Origin: Escherichia coli
GTDB taxonomy: Bacteria; Pseudomonadota; Gammaproteobacteria; Enterobacterales; Enterobacteriaceae
Reading direction: 5' to 3' (one strand)
Assembly: GCF_044324875.1 (NCBI RefSeq)
Contig: NZ_CP172185.1
Length of the DNA: 64,000 nt
Within the stretch, counting starts at the first letter, position 1. Each line of letters opens with the position of its first letter. The position numbers were made by a program, and so were the translations under genes. A model generated the notes under the pieces. It was given only the letters and a program-made list of their open reading frames with translations. It was not told the origin of the DNA and did no database searches. Of this stretch, positions 20,974-36,677 are shown in pieces.

Positions 20974-22610
20974 TGTTTCGCCCTCTTCGGCTCTGGATCT
21001 TTTTTGTCCTTCGCTTCAAATACCAGCGCGTTACTCTTCTCATTGAGCGTTTTCAGCACCGGTTGCAGTTCTCGCAACACCTGATCAAGGCGCTGCATAT
21101 CCGCCACCATCTTGTTGTAGGCTGCGGAGCCAGGCTGGAAGCCCTGCATGCTGCGATTCAATTCACGCAACGTTGACTGCATATCCGTCGGCAACTGCTG
21201 CATCGACTGGCTGGCGAGGATCTTGTTCATGCTATCCAGCGTCGTTTGCAGGTTTTTCATTGTGCGCTGACTTTCAGAAAGCGTACTGGTTGCCTGTTCA
21301 ATCATCGGATTCAATGGCAGTTTGTTGATCTTATCCAACGCTTCCATCAGTCGTTGCTGGATTTGCGCCAGACCGCCGCTAACGGTCGGGATAATCTGAT
21401 AGCCATTAAATTCACGAATACCGGTTATTGCAGGCGTATTTGGATAGAAATCGAGATCAACATACAGTGCGCCAGTGACCAGGTTTCCGGTTTTCAGCGA
21501 TCCGCGTAAACCACGTTTCAACAATTCGCCAAGGTGCTCAACAACATCCGCATTTTCGCCAAGCTGCATTTTCAGCCGCTCTGGCTCGATACGAATCAGT
21601 ACCGGAATACGGTAATCATCGTTAAATGTCTGACGCATATTCGGCGCAAAGAATGGCACTTTGCTTACGGTACCCAGGCGAATACCCCGGAATTCTACCG
21701 GAGCTCCCGGTTGCAGACCGCGTACCGAATCTTTAAAGAACATCAGATAATCAATGTGATCGGTGTACAACGAATCCTGAATGCTCTTCTGATCATCATA
21801 CAAAACGAAAGCTGTTTTCGGTGCCACTGGCTGCCCTAAATCCAGACCTTCCGGCACATCAAAGCTGACACCGCCACTAAGCAGCGTTGTCAATGAGCCC
21901 ATCTCCACACGCATCCCCGCTGACGTCAGATCAACCGCAATGCCACTATCTTTCCAGAAGCGAACATTGCTGGTCACCAGTCGGTCATAAGGTGCATTGA
22001 TGAACAGTTGATAGCTGATATTGCGTTTTTGCGTATCGAAGGTGCTGGTTTCAACCGAACCTACCCGATAGCCACGGAACAGCACGGGATCTCCTGGCGA
22101 GAGCTGCCCGGCTTTTTTGCTATCGAGAATCACACGGATACCTTTCGCATCAGGCGGGGCCAACGGTGGCGAGTCCAGCAAATCGTATTTATCCATTTTG
22201 CTGCCTTTCGCGCCTGGCTGCAGTTCGATATAAACCCCAGACAGCAGCGTTCCCAGGCCGCTAATCCCTTCTCGACCAATCTGCGGTTTCACCACCCAAA
22301 AGACGGTATCTTTATGCAGCAATTTTTCCATACCGGAATTCAGCCGCGCTTTGATTTCAACGTGCGTCAAATCATCAGCCAGTGTGGCGCTTTCAACCAC
22401 GCCGACGTCAACGCTACGGCTTTTAATGGTGGTTTTACCACCTTCAATTCCTTCCGCATTCGCGGTGATCAGGGTCACTTCCGGCCCCTGATGGCTGTAA
22501 TGATAAAATAGAACCCAGGCCCCAATGAGCGCCGTGACGATAGGAAATATCCACACGGGAGACCAGTTCTTCACTTTCTGGATTTTGGCTTCCCCATTAT
22601 TAGATTCCAT
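20970..22610 (-). CDS. pqiB: MCE-domain intermembrane transport protein PqiB
   Basis: 546-aa product from MESNNGEAKIQKVKNWSPVWIF; ORF 20970..22670 is an upstream extension. Confidence 0.9.
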   Translation of the reverse strand: MESNNGEAKIQKVKNWSPVWIFPIVTALIGAWVLFYHYSHQGPEVTLITANAEGIEGGKTTIKSRSVDVGVVESATLADDLTHVEIKARLNSGMEKLLHKDTVFWVVKPQIGREGISGLGTLLSGVYIELQPGAKGSKMDKYDLLDSPPLAPPDAKGIRVILDSKKAGQLSPGDPVLFRGYRVGSVETSTFDTQKRNISYQLFINAPYDRLVTSNVRFWKDSGIAVDLTSAGMRVEMGSLTTLLSGGVSFDVPEGLDLGQPVAPKTAFVLYDDQKSIQDSLYTDHIDYLMFFKDSVRGLQPGAPVEFRGIRLGTVSKVPFFAPNMRQTFNDDYRIPVLIRIEPERLKMQLGENADVVEHLGELLKRGLRGSLKTGNLVTGALYVDLDFYPNTPAITGIREFNGYQIIPTVSGGLAQIQQRLMEALDKINKLPLNPMIEQATSTLSESQRTMKNLQTTLDSMNKILASQSMQQLPTDMQSTLRELNRSMQGFQPGSAAYNKMVADMQRLDQVLRELQPVLKTLNEKSNALVFEAKDKKDPEPKRAKQ

Positions 22611-22614
22611 ACTG

Positions 22615-23868
22615 TCAGGACTCCTCATGCTCTGATTCAGGTTGACGATCCCACGACAAACGCGGGTCAAACGTCATAGCAGAAAACATTGTCATTATGA
22701 CGACTAAAGCAAACATTAATGCACCCATTGCCGGATAAATACTCATTAAACCTCCCATACGCACCAGCGCCGAGAGCACCGCGATAACGAAAACGTCAAT
22801 CATCGACCAGCGGCCTACAAACTCAACAACTTCATAAATCAAATGCATTCTTTCACTGTCGCGCTTGCCATGCCCTTTGGCATCCCAACACAACCACGCT
22901 ATGGCGATCATCTTTAACGTTGGCACCATAATACTGGCCAGAAAGATAACCGCAGCGACGGGATAAGATCCTTCGCTCCATAACAGGATGACCCCAGCGA
23001 GAATCGTCGATGGCATCTTCGAGCCTAATAAATCCGTCACCATGATGGGCAAAATATTAGCCGGAAGATACAGCATGATGGACGTAACAAGCAGCGCGAG
23101 TGTCCATTGCAGGCTGTTTCTACGTCGAACGTACCCTTTGGTACTACAACGCGGGCACACGGGTTCGTCAGCAGGAAGGATTGCCGTACAACAGGAGCAC
23201 GAACGCAGCCCCTGACGTATCCCCGTGACGCCAGGTTTTAGCGGCTGGCGCAGTTCTGGCATCGGGGCGATATCGTCCCATAACCAGCGACGATCAACGC
23301 ACTGAAAGGCGCGCAGTTGCAGGACACAAAATAAACACCAGGGGAGAAAGCTGCTGCCGACACCAATGCTGCCGTAGGCCATCAGTTTAACGAAACTGAC
23401 CAGCACACCCGCGAGGAAAATCTCCGCCATTCCCCAGGTTTTGAGTTGAAAAAGCACCCGTGCCAGTTGCTCTTTTAAACGGACCGGTAATTCCGCGCGA
23501 TTCACCAGTAACAGAATGGTTATCAGACAAAACGCGGGAACCAGTTGCACAAACAACAGGAAAAAGGTGCCGAGGCTGGCGTAGTCCTCAGAAAAAAGCA
23601 CGCCGGGAATTTCCAGTAATGTAATTTCACTGGTGACTCCCGCAACGTTCATATTCACAAAAGGAAACAAGTTGGACAGCAACAGCATGAACAGTGCAGC
23701 CAACGCATAGGCGGTGGGACGCTGCCGAGGGGCATCCCACGCCACGGTTAACGTTGTGCCACACCGGGGACATGCCGCTTTCTGACCATGCTCAAGGCGC
23801 GGTAACGCCACCAGCATGTCACACTGCGAGCACAGGATGTGCTTCGCGGCATGATGATGTTCGCACAT
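22615..23868 (-). CDS. pqiA: Paraquat-inducible membrane protein PqiA
   Basis: 417-aa ORF, Cys-rich N-terminus followed by multi-pass membrane segments. Confidence 0.9.
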   Translation of the reverse strand: MCEHHHAAKHILCSQCDMLVALPRLEHGQKAACPRCGTTLTVAWDAPRQRPTAYALAALFMLLLSNLFPFVNMNVAGVTSEITLLEIPGVLFSEDYASLGTFFLLFVQLVPAFCLITILLLVNRAELPVRLKEQLARVLFQLKTWGMAEIFLAGVLVSFVKLMAYGSIGVGSSFLPWCLFCVLQLRAFQCVDRRWLWDDIAPMPELRQPLKPGVTGIRQGLRSCSCCTAILPADEPVCPRCSTKGYVRRRNSLQWTLALLVTSIMLYLPANILPIMVTDLLGSKMPSTILAGVILLWSEGSYPVAAVIFLASIMVPTLKMIAIAWLCWDAKGHGKRDSERMHLIYEVVEFVGRWSMIDVFVIAVLSALVRMGGLMSIYPAMGALMFALVVIMTMFSAMTFDPRLSWDRQPESEHEES

Positions 23869-23997
23869 TGGTACTCCTTAATGATGCGCTATTTTACAGA
23901 TGACTAACAAAGTGTTGGTTTTCATGCCTGATAAACCCAGTTCATCAGGCAATTTTACCGTTGTCAGCCGTCTCTGTTTAAATCGACTATTTTGCGA

Positions 23998-25905
23998 TCA
24001 GCCACCATTTTTTAACGCTTCAAGATACTCCCAGCGTTCAAAGGCTTGCTCCAGCTCCTGCTCTGCAGCAGCCATATCGGCGAGCACTTTTTGCGTCTGC
24101 TCATGGGGCTGAGTGAAGAAGGAAGCATCCGCCACCTGCGTCTGTAGGGCTTCCAGCTTCGCCTCCAGATCTTCGAGCAATTGCGGTAGCTGCTCCAGTT
24201 CGCGCTGCAATTTATAGCTTAGTTTGCTACTGCTGCGTTTTACAGTTTCTGCTTTTGGCGCGGCGGCTTCTTCGATTTTTTTCACCGCAGGCTGTTTGAG
24301 CGCCACATACTGTTCTTGCTGACCACGGGCATCATGATAACCGCCGACATAACGACCAATTTTACCGCCGCCTTCGAAGATCCAGCATTCTGTAACGGTG
24401 TTATCGACAAACTGACGATCGTGGCTCACCAGCAATACCGTGCCCTGGTAGCTGTCGATCAGTTCTTCCAGCAGTTCCAGCGTTTCAACATCAAGATCGT
24501 TGGTCGGTTCGTCAAGAATCAATAAGTTGCTTGGTTTGAGGAACAAACGCGCCAACAACAAGCGGTTACGCTCACCGCCAGAAAGCGCACGTACCGGCGT
24601 CATCGCCCGTTTCGGATGGAACAGGAAGTCCTGCAAATAGCCCAAAACATGGCGTGGCTTGCCGTTAACCATCACCTCTTGCTTACCTTCAGCAAGGTTA
24701 TCCATCACCGTTTTATCGGGATCCAGTTCCGCACGGTGCTGATCGAAATAAGCCACTTCCAGTTTGGTGCCAACGTGAATACGCCCGCTGTCCGCCTGAA
24801 GCTGACCGAGCATCAGTTTCAGCAGCGTGGTTTTGCCGCATCCATTCGGACCAATCAGGGCAATTTTGTCGCCACGTAGAACCTGGGCAGAAAAATCTTT
24901 CACCAGTTGCTTACCGTCGACCTGGTAGCAAACGTCTTCCATTTCGAAAACGATCTTACCGGAGCGGCTGGCCTCTTCCACCTGCATCTTTGCGGTACCC
25001 ATCACTTCGCGACGTTCGCCACGCTCGCGACGCATTGCTTTCAGGGCGCGTACGCGGCCTTCATTACGGGTACGGCGTGCTTTGATCCCCTGGCGGATCC
25101 ACACCTCTTCCTGCGCCAGTTTGCGATCGAACTCGGCATTTTGTAGTTCTTCCACACGCAGAGCTTCTTCTTTTTCCAGCAGGTACTGGTCGTAATTCCC
25201 TGGATAGGTCACAAGTTTGCCGCGATCGAGATCAACAATGCGCGTCGCCATATTGCGGATAAACGAACGGTCGTGGGAGATGAAAATTATCGTCCCATTG
25301 AAGGTTTTGAGAAACCCTTCCAGCCAGTCGATGGTTTCGATATCCAGGTGGTTAGTCGGTTCGTCGAGCAGCAATACGCGCGGATTGCTCACCAGCGCGC
25401 GTCCTAATGCCGCTTTACGCAACCAACCGCCGGAAAGCGACGACAGCGCAACATTAGGATCTAACCCCAGTTGCGCCAGCACTTCGTTGATGCGGTTTTC
25501 CAGCTGCCACAGGTTGTGGTGATCCAGCTGTTCCTGAACCTTCGCCAGTTCGTTGAGATTTTTCTCGCTCGGGTCGTTCATCACCAGGCGCGAAATATCG
25601 TGATAGCGTTTCAGGTATTCCGCTTGTTCTTCAATGCCTTCGGCAACGAAATCATAAACGCTACCCTCAACGTTACGCGGCGGATCCTGTTGCAGACGAG
25701 CGACAATCAAATCTTGCTCGTAAATAATGCGACCGTCATCCAGCCCCTGTTCACGGTTGAGGATTTTCATTAACGTCGATTTGCCTGCGCCGTTGCGGCC
25801 CACCAGACAAACACGTTCGTTATCTTCGATATGCAGTTCTGCGTTATCGAGAAGCGGCGCGTCGCTGAACGACAGCCATGCGCCATGCATACTGATTAAT
25901 GACAT
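23998..25905 (-). CDS. uup: ABC-F family ATPase Uup
   Basis: 635-aa ORF with two ABC cassettes (GRNGAGKST, GPNGCGKTT) and C-terminal coiled-coil domain. Confidence 0.93.
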   Translation of the reverse strand: MSLISMHGAWLSFSDAPLLDNAELHIEDNERVCLVGRNGAGKSTLMKILNREQGLDDGRIIYEQDLIVARLQQDPPRNVEGSVYDFVAEGIEEQAEYLKRYHDISRLVMNDPSEKNLNELAKVQEQLDHHNLWQLENRINEVLAQLGLDPNVALSSLSGGWLRKAALGRALVSNPRVLLLDEPTNHLDIETIDWLEGFLKTFNGTIIFISHDRSFIRNMATRIVDLDRGKLVTYPGNYDQYLLEKEEALRVEELQNAEFDRKLAQEEVWIRQGIKARRTRNEGRVRALKAMRRERGERREVMGTAKMQVEEASRSGKIVFEMEDVCYQVDGKQLVKDFSAQVLRGDKIALIGPNGCGKTTLLKLMLGQLQADSGRIHVGTKLEVAYFDQHRAELDPDKTVMDNLAEGKQEVMVNGKPRHVLGYLQDFLFHPKRAMTPVRALSGGERNRLLLARLFLKPSNLLILDEPTNDLDVETLELLEELIDSYQGTVLLVSHDRQFVDNTVTECWIFEGGGKIGRYVGGYHDARGQQEQYVALKQPAVKKIEEAAAPKAETVKRSSSKLSYKLQRELEQLPQLLEDLEAKLEALQTQVADASFFTQPHEQTQKVLADMAAAEQELEQAFERWEYLEALKNGG

Positions 25906-25916
25906 TACTATTCCTT

Positions 25917-28025
25917 TCAGGCTGCGGTAATCAGCCAGCAGTTGTGGATCTGGCGGTTACGGGCGAAATCCTGGGAGAGCGTTTTTTGCGTAATTTCTTG
26001 TGCTTTCAGTCCTAGTTTTGCCAGTCCGTCAAGATCCATACGGAAGCCACGTTTGTTGTTCGAGAACATTATCGTCCCACCAGCACGCAGCAGACGTTTC
26101 AAATCTTTCATCAGCGCCAGATGATCGCGCTGAACATCAAACGCATCTTCCATTCGTTTTGAGTTAGAGAAGGTTGGCGGATCGATAAAGATCAGATCGA
26201 ACTGTTCATTTGCCTCACGCAGCCACGCCAGGCAATCGGCCTGAATCAGGCGATGCGCACGCCCGGTTAGGCCATTCAGACGCAGGTTGCGTTCTGCCCA
26301 CTCCAGATAAGTACGCGACATATCCACGGTGGTGGTGCTGCGTGCACCGCCTAATCCCGCATGCACGGTGGCACTGCCGGTATAAGAGAACAGGTTGAGG
26401 AAATCTTTGCCTTTGCTCATCTGACCGAGCATACGGCGGGCGATACGGTGATCGAGGAACAGACCAGTATCGAGATAATCCGTCAGGTTCACCCACAAGT
26501 GAGCGTTATATTCGGTAACTTCAAGAAACTCGCCCTTCTCGCCCAGTTTCTGGTACTGGTTTTTGCCCTTCTGGCGTTCGCGGGTTTTCAGTACCAGTTT
26601 GTTTGGCGCAATCCCCAGTACCGAAATGGTTGCAGCGATAATATCGAACAGACGCTGACGCGCTTTGTGCGCATCAATAGTTTTTGGCGGCGCATACTCC
26701 TGCACCACCACCCAATCGGCGTAGCGGTCAACTGCAACGTTGTATTCCGGTAGATCGGCGTCGTACAGGCGGTAGCATTCAATGCCTTCCTGACGCGCCC
26801 ACTTCTCGAATTTTTTGAGGTTCTTACGCAGACGGTTGGCGTAGTCTTCTGCCACCATTGCCGGTTTGCTGTCTGGTGTGCTTTCGGCAACGTGGTAATT
26901 TTTCTGCACGCAGTCTAATGGACCGTTTTTCGCTTTGTACTGTTTGTCTGCACGCAACTGCAGGCAACTTAACAGATCCGGCGAGGCACTGAATAAAGAG
27001 AGATTCCAGCCGCCGAACTGGTTTTTCATGATTCGGCCCAGCAGGCTATGCAGCGCAATCAGCGCCGGTTCGCTGTCCAGACGTTCACCGTATGGCGGGT
27101 TGCTCAACACTGTACCGTACGGCCCTTTCGGCAGCGGATTGGTCAGTTGCGCGACATCTTTCACCTCAAAGGTGATCAGTTCACCAATCCCCGCAAGACG
27201 GGCGTTAGTGCGCGCACGTTGAATCACCCGTGCGTCGCTGTCCGAACCGTAAAAATGAGAGCTATACTCAGCCAGGCCTTTACGGGCGCGAGTTTGCGCT
27301 TCCGCTTTCACTTCCTGCCAGATAGCTTCATCATGCTGCGCCCAGCCGCTAAAGCCCCAACGCCCACGGTGCAAGCCTGGTGCGCGATCGGTCGCCAGCA
27401 TCGCCGCTTCAATCAGCAACGTACCGGAACCACACATCGGATCGAGCAGCGGTGTTCCTGGCTGCCAGCCGGATCGCATCACAATAGCGGCTGCCAGGGT
27501 TTCTTTGATCGGCGCAATACCAGCACGATCGCGATAGCCACGCAGATGTAAACCATCACCACTGAGATCAAGGGCGATACTGGCGGTTTCTTTATGCAGC
27601 CAGACGTTAACGCGGATATCCGGCGCATCACGATCAACATTTGGACGCGGCAGATTTTTCCGCGTGAAAGCATCGACAATCGCGTCTTTCACTTTCATCG
27701 CACCGTACTGACTGTTGCGGATGGTGTCATTCAAACCACTGAAGTGGACAGCGAAGGTCGCGCCAGGATTAAACATCTCTGTCCAGTTGATCGCCTGAAC
27801 ACCGAGATAGAGGTCTAAATCGCTGTAAACCTTACACTCGCCCAGCGGCAACATAATACGCGAGGCCAGGCGGCTCCACATCAGGCTCTGGTAAACAAGC
27901 CGTGTGTCGCCCTTGAAATGGACCCCACCCTGAACCACCTGGCATTCAACGGCCCCCAGGTTTTCCAGTTCAGTTTTTAACAGCTCTTCCAGCCCACGGG
28001 CCGTACTGGCAAACAGAGAATTCAT
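25917..28025 (-). CDS. rlmL: Bifunctional 23S rRNA m2G2445/m7G2069 methyltransferase RlmKL
   Basis: 702-aa [27 protein letters not shown] with two methyltransferase domains. Confidence 0.93.
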   Translation of the reverse strand: MNSLFASTARGLEELLKTELENLGAVECQVVQGGVHFKGDTRLVYQSLMWSRLASRIMLPLGECKVYSDLDLYLGVQAINWTEMFNPGATFAVHFSGLNDTIRNSQYGAMKVKDAIVDAFTRKNLPRPNVDRDAPDIRVNVWLHKETASIALDLSGDGLHLRGYRDRAGIAPIKETLAAAIVMRSGWQPGTPLLDPMCGSGTLLIEAAMLATDRAPGLHRGRWGFSGWAQHDEAIWQEVKAEAQTRARKGLAEYSSHFYGSDSDARVIQRARTNARLAGIGELITFEVKDVAQLTNPLPKGPYGTVLSNPPYGERLDSEPALIALHSLLGRIMKNQFGGWNLSLFSASPDLLSCLQLRADKQYKAKNGPLDCVQKNYHVAESTPDSKPAMVAEDYANRLRKNLKKFEKWARQEGIECYRLYDADLPEYNVAVDRYADWVVVQEYAPPKTIDAHKARQRLFDIIAATISVLGIAPNKLVLKTRERQKGKNQYQKLGEKGEFLEVTEYNAHLWVNLTDYLDTGLFLDHRIARRMLGQMSKGKDFLNLFSYTGSATVHAGLGGARSTTTVDMSRTYLEWAERNLRLNGLTGRAHRLIQADCLAWLREANEQFDLIFIDPPTFSNSKRMEDAFDVQRDHLALMKDLKRLLRAGGTIMFSNNKRGFRMDLDGLAKLGLKAQEITQKTLSQDFARNRQIHNCWLITAA

Positions 28026-28268
28026 ATCGTCACTTTTACTCTAAGAGCCTACCGCAGTAGGCGTAATTGTTGCAGTCAGTCTGGACATGGACAGCGCGGA
28101 GAAACCGGAGCGTACACAAGTACGTGAGGATTTCGAGCACTTCCCTGGGCCAAACTGACAAATAAAATAGCCTAATGGGACAGGCGCTAAGAAAATTGTT
28201 GCGCATTATAGCTAATAAGCGCGTCATGTCATAAAGTTGAGGGCTTATTTTCATTTGAGGACCGCATC

Positions 28269-29378
28269 GTGGCGACATTAACCCGGCTTTTTGTTCATCC
28301 TGTTAAATCGATGCGCGGCATTGGTCTTACACATGCCCTGGCAGATATCAGTGGCCTGGCCTTCGATCGCATCTTTATGATCACGGAACCTGACGGTACG
28401 TTTATTACCGCTCGCCAGTTTCCCCAGATGGTACGGTTTACTCCTTCACCTGTGCATGATGGCTTGCATCTCACCGCACCAGATGGCAGTAGCGCATATG
28501 TTCGTTTTGCTGATTTCGCCACACAAGACGCACCAACCGAAGTTTGGGGCACACATTTTACCGCGCGAATTGCACCAGACGCGATCAACAAATGGCTAAG
28601 TGGATTTTTCTCCCGCGAAGTGCAGTTGCGCTGGGTGGGGCCACAAATGACCCGGCGCGTGAAACGCCACAACACTGTACCTCTGTCATTTGCTGATGGC
28701 TATCCTTACCTTCTTGCTAACGAAGCCTCGTTACGTGATCTCCAACAACGTTGTCCGGCCAGTGTAAAAATGGAGCAATTCCGCCCCAATCTGGTGGTTT
28801 CCGGCGCGTCAGCCTGGGAAGAAGATCGCTGGAAAGTGATTCGCATTGGTGATGTGGTATTTGATGTGGTTAAACCTTGTAGCCGCTGTATTTTCACCAC
28901 CGTCAGCCCAGAAAAAGGGCAAAAACATCCGGCAGGCGAACCATTAAAAACATTGCAATCTTTCCGCACTGCCCAGGATAACGGCGATGTCGATTTTGGT
29001 CAGAATTTAATTGCCCGTAATAGCGGCGTGATTCGCGTTGGCGATGAGGTGGAAATTCTGGCAACGGCTCCGGCAAAAATTTACGGCGCAGCTGCCGCTG
29101 ATGATACCGCCAACATCACGCAACAACCGGACGCAAATGTAGATATTGACTGGCAGGGACAGGCATTTCGTGGAAATAACCAACAAGTGTTGCTGGAGCA
29201 ATTAGAAAATCAGGGAATTCGTATCCCTTATTCTTGCCGCGCGGGCATTTGTGGAAGTTGCCGTGTTCAGCTTTTAGAAGGCGAAGTCACGCCGCTGAAA
29301 AAATCAGCAATGGGCGATGATGGCACCATTCTTTGCTGTAGCTGTGTACCGAAGACTGCGCTTAAGCTGACGCGTTAG
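28269..29378 (+). CDS. ycbX: MOSC-domain 2Fe-2S protein YcbX
   Basis: 369-aa ORF with apparent GTG start; C-terminal ferredoxin-like CRAGICGSC. Confidence 0.88.
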   Translation: MATLTRLFVHPVKSMRGIGLTHALADISGLAFDRIFMITEPDGTFITARQFPQMVRFTPSPVHDGLHLTAPDGSSAYVRFADFATQDAPTEVWGTHFTARIAPDAINKWLSGFFSREVQLRWVGPQMTRRVKRHNTVPLSFADGYPYLLANEASLRDLQQRCPASVKMEQFRPNLVVSGASAWEEDRWKVIRIGDVVFDVVKPCSRCIFTTVSPEKGQKHPAGEPLKTLQSFRTAQDNGDVDFGQNLIARNSGVIRVGDEVEILATAPAKIYGAAAADDTANITQQPDANVDIDWQGQAFRGNNQQVLLEQLENQGIRIPYSCRAGICGSCRVQLLEGEVTPLKKSAMGDDGTILCCSCVPKTALKLTR

Positions 29379-29917
29379 ACTGCCTGTTCGAGGCTGAAGC
29401 TGTCAACATTAACCTGCGGTTTCAGCCTGTCGTTCATGATTTTGATGGCGTCGCCCAGCTGCATCGCGCGACCCGCAATAACAACGCAGGGTTGTGCCAG
29501 CAGGCATAGTGCGGCATTTTCGCCAGATTCAACGACCAGCAAATTGACTTGCTCGTGAGTGTCGCTCAACCAAACGCAGGCCGCATCGCCCGGCATGGGC
29601 ACCCACATTTCACCATGGGAAACAAAATGCCAGCTTTTCGGCATTTGCGGTTTGAGATAACGAATTGCTACCAGCGCATTAAGCACCAGTTCGGCTTTTT
29701 GTTCTTTAGATAAATTAAAATCGCGGCATTTTTCTTCAAATGAGAAATAGAGCGCGGCGTCGTCAACGCAAAAGCCAGCGGGAGAAAAGGCATCTGGAGT
29801 CAACATTTTGCGCGCAAAACGTGAGCGAAATAGCATACCATTGGCTAAATCGAGCATCATTCGATCGTGCTCTTCATCGTAATACCAACGCCAGTTATCG
29901 TCTGGTTTAATTCGCAT
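29375..29917 (-). CDS. zapC: Cell division protein ZapC
   Basis: 180-aa product [24 protein letters not shown]; ORF 29375..29953 is an upstream extension. Confidence 0.88.
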   Translation of the reverse strand: MRIKPDDNWRWYYDEEHDRMMLDLANGMLFRSRFARKMLTPDAFSPAGFCVDDAALYFSFEEKCRDFNLSKEQKAELVLNALVAIRYLKPQMPKSWHFVSHGEMWVPMPGDAACVWLSDTHEQVNLLVVESGENAALCLLAQPCVVIAGRAMQLGDAIKIMNDRLKPQVNVDSFSLEQAV

Positions 29918-30090
29918 TTGCCTCTCCCCTACCCTATAAAACCGCAGCAACACAATCCATTGTCGCTTCGCTTAATAACCTCAACAATAAAAGTACAAAA
30001 TGTCTAAATAAGCAACAGCGATGAATATAAAACAACCAGGGCTGAAAATAAAGCCCTGATTATCTTATAAAGAGGAATTCGAAGAAATAA

Positions 30091-31101
30091 TTAGATATGG
30101 GTAACGATTTCTTTAATCAGCGGCGGACCTTTAAAAATAAAACCAGAATAAATTTGCACCAGTGATGCCCCCGCAGCAATCTTTTCACGCGCAGCGATAA
30201 CCGAGTCAATGCCGCCAACACCGATGATCGGTAAGCGACCGTTTAATTCCTGTGACAAGCGGCGAATAATTTCTGTGCTTTTTAACTGAAGCGGACGACC
30301 ACTTAAGCCACCGGTTTGATCACAATTTTTCATTCCCTGAACCAGAGAACGATCGAGCGTGGTATTGGTTGCAATAACGCCATCAATATTATGGCGAACT
30401 AAACTATCGGCAACCTGGATCAATTCTTCTTCAGAAAGATCCGGCGCGATCTTCACTGCGATCGGCACATATTTATGGTGCATCGCTTGCAAATCATTTT
30501 GCTTATTTTTAATCGCAGTTAAGAGATCATCCAGCGCTTCACCATATTGCAGTGTGCGTAGTCCTGGAGTATTCGGCGATGAAATATTGATGGCGATATA
30601 TCCCGCATAAGCATAGATTTTTTCCATACAAATCAGATAGTCATCTTTACCCTGCTCCACCGGCGTATCTTTATTTTTGCCGATGTTAATACCCAGGACG
30701 CCATCATAATGGGCTTTTTTTACGTTCTCTACGAGGTTATCAACGCCAAGATTATTAAAGCCCATACGGTTGATCAAACCTTCGGCATCTACCAGACGAA
30801 AGAGACGCGGCTTGTCATTACCTGGCTGTGGACGTGGCGTGACGGTACCGATCTCGATCGATCCAAATCCCATCGCGCCTAACGCGTCAATGCACTCCCC
30901 GTCTTTATCAAGACCGGCTGCCAGACCAAGCGGATTTTTAAACGTCAGGCCCATGCAGTTAACAGGTTTCGCAGGCACTTTCTGCCGCACCAGTGCTTCA
31001 AACGGCGTTCCTGTAATACGGCGTAATTGCTGAAAAGTAAACTCATGAGCGCGCTCTGGATCGAGCTGGAAAAGGGCTTTACGAACGAAGGGGTAGTACA
31101 T
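30091..31101 (-). CDS. pyrD: Dihydroorotate dehydrogenase (quinone)
   Basis: 336-aa product [23 protein letters not shown]; ORF 30091..31128 is an upstream extension. Confidence 0.93.
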   Translation of the reverse strand: MYYPFVRKALFQLDPERAHEFTFQQLRRITGTPFEALVRQKVPAKPVNCMGLTFKNPLGLAAGLDKDGECIDALGAMGFGSIEIGTVTPRPQPGNDKPRLFRLVDAEGLINRMGFNNLGVDNLVENVKKAHYDGVLGINIGKNKDTPVEQGKDDYLICMEKIYAYAGYIAINISSPNTPGLRTLQYGEALDDLLTAIKNKQNDLQAMHHKYVPIAVKIAPDLSEEELIQVADSLVRHNIDGVIATNTTLDRSLVQGMKNCDQTGGLSGRPLQLKSTEIIRRLSQELNGRLPIIGVGGIDSVIAAREKIAAGASLVQIYSGFIFKGPPLIKEIVTHI

Positions 31102-31211
31102 GAACTCTCCTGGATTCCCGGTGTGCAAACCGGGGGCGTATTATGTGCGAGTTCGGACCAAAAGGGAATTGACCTGTGGCAAAAAAAGCGCAAACGTTTT
31201 CCGAGCCTGTT

Positions 31212-31922
31212 TCAGAACAGATTTTGCTCCTTCTTTGCACTCAACCCGCCGTAATCATTTATCGTCCGCCAGGAGACATGACACGGTGCTATTGCCTGAC
31301 ACCAGCTTGTCTGACGCTGGCTTTTAGGTGGCACAACTCCCGCATTACTTAACGCTTTACCATTTACGCTCACCTGAATCAGGTTAATGTAGTAAGGCGT
31401 TGGGTTAGTGAGTTGTACACCCTGCGAATTCCGTGTCCAGCGTAATTGTTGATAAGCTTCCAGCGGGTCGCCCGGCAAACCTTCGGGTCGCCAGAACAGT
31501 TTAAATACCGAGCGCATCGCCACTTTTACGCTCTGATTTTCAACTTTGCCGGATGGCACGCTGGCAATGCTTAACTCAAATAGCGTTTCGCGATCCACAG
31601 GCAAAATGTCGCTTTCCGTTCTCAGCAAGCGCAACGTGCCTGTAGTACCGGGCTTCAGGAGAACAAGTGGTGGAGCGACCAGTAGTGGTGCTGACCCTGT
31701 CGATGCTTCGCCCCCGGCCCAACGCGTTGGGCGATTGATTTTACTGTTAATAAGCCAGGATTCCTGACTGGTATTAGTCAGTGAAATAGATATCGATTCT
31801 CTGTCTGCCGGGAAGATAAATCGCGTTCCGCCAACCACCACTCCTGCCTGCAATTCCCCCGCCACCAGCAGCGATAAAACGGCAAAAATCGCGAGCGTCA
31901 ATCTGTTCCACGTATTAGTCAT
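31212..31922 (-). CDS. ycbF: Periplasmic fimbrial chaperone (PapD-like)
   Basis: Start taken at MTNTWNRLTLAIFAVLSLL with signal peptide; chaperone-family fold motifs. Confidence 0.8.
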   Translation of the reverse strand: MTNTWNRLTLAIFAVLSLLVAGELQAGVVVGGTRFIFPADRESISISLTNTSQESWLINSKINRPTRWAGGEASTGSAPLLVAPPLVLLKPGTTGTLRLLRTESDILPVDRETLFELSIASVPSGKVENQSVKVAMRSVFKLFWRPEGLPGDPLEAYQQLRWTRNSQGVQLTNPTPYYINLIQVSVNGKALSNAGVVPPKSQRQTSWCQAIAPCHVSWRTINDYGGLSAKKEQNLF

Positions 31923-32430
31923 AATGAAGTACAAATGTCGCGCTGGCATTCACTTTACCCGACTGCACATCGCTATTAACAGGTCGCAATTGCGCATAAA
32001 AAGTTAATGGCACCTTACCGCTATGTAGGCTGTAGTCTTTACTCGCCTGGTTAAGCGGAATCAATATTTTCGCATCATCCAGAATCGCAATTGCCAGCCC
32101 GCTGGCTGCATCCGTACCACTTTCAATGGACAGCATTTCGCTCTGCATTCCGTCGGGTGTTCCTGAAAAGGTAACGTCAACCGTGCTGACATCTGTTCCG
32201 CAATCCTGCAAATTAATGATGAAAGATTTCTCCGGGCCATAGTTCCCATGAGAAAAACGTGTCAGCGAGACATCGCCTAACTGCACATTGATTTGCTTGC
32301 TATCCTGTGCCAGCACGCATGTATTACGGCGAAACGATCCGCTGATGTTGACCGTGCCATCATGGGCAAATAGCTCACAACTCCCCGTTAAACCCAGTAA
32401 GCACAGAATCCAGATTATCCGTTTCAACAT
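31915..32430 (-). CDS. ycbV: Fimbrial-like protein
   Basis: Start taken at MLKRIIWILCLLGLTG; fimbrial subunit-like, C-terminal ATFVLHYD. Confidence 0.78.
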   Translation of the reverse strand: MLKRIIWILCLLGLTGSCELFAHDGTVNISGSFRRNTCVLAQDSKQINVQLGDVSLTRFSHGNYGPEKSFIINLQDCGTDVSTVDVTFSGTPDGMQSEMLSIESGTDAASGLAIAILDDAKILIPLNQASKDYSLHSGKVPLTFYAQLRPVNSDVQSGKVNASATFVLHYD

Positions 32431-32437
32431 CACTCCT

Positions 32438-32980
32438 TCACTGGTAAACCAGATCAAAATAGAGAACCGCCGTCGCATTACCGCCCGTAGCCCCCGCCTT
32501 TGTGGACTTATAGCGAAGTTGATATTTGAGTGTGTTATCCCCCGCTTTTAAGGGCGTAAGAGGCTGGACCTGATTGAGCGGGATTTCTTGCTGACTTTGC
32601 GCATCAAGAATTTGCACGGCAATCCCCGTTGCCATACCACCGCTTCCGCCTGTGTCAGTTAGTTTGAGTAGTGTCGGCGCAAGGGTGTCAGCCTCGCCGC
32701 TAAAAAGGACGTCCGCGCCAGTAATACCAGCGGCACAACCGGTGATATCGATATTCAAATCAGCAGCTGTGCTTACGGTATTCGCAGCCTGAAAATCACT
32801 GATATTAAAATCGCCAATATGAATATTTTGTAATGCGCTTTTGGTGGCAACATCACAGCCCTGATCGACCACATTACCATAAATATGCATACTGACTTGT
32901 TCAGGCCCAGCCATCCCGACATGGGTGTTAAGAAAGCTAAAGAACAAGATAACGTACTGAAATATTGTTTTTTTCTTCAT
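32438..32980 (-). CDS. ycbU: Fimbrial-like protein
   Basis: 180-aa ORF MKKKTIFQYVILFFSF with signal peptide; fimbrial subunit-like, C-terminal AVLYFDLVYQ. Confidence 0.8.
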   Translation of the reverse strand: MKKKTIFQYVILFFSFLNTHVGMAGPEQVSMHIYGNVVDQGCDVATKSALQNIHIGDFNISDFQAANTVSTAADLNIDITGCAAGITGADVLFSGEADTLAPTLLKLTDTGGSGGMATGIAVQILDAQSQQEIPLNQVQPLTPLKAGDNTLKYQLRYKSTKAGATGGNATAVLYFDLVYQ

Positions 32981-32991
32981 ACGTTCACGCG

Positions 32992-36653
<3,662 letters not shown>

Positions 36654-36677
36654 CTCGCTCTCTTAACTGAAGACGGC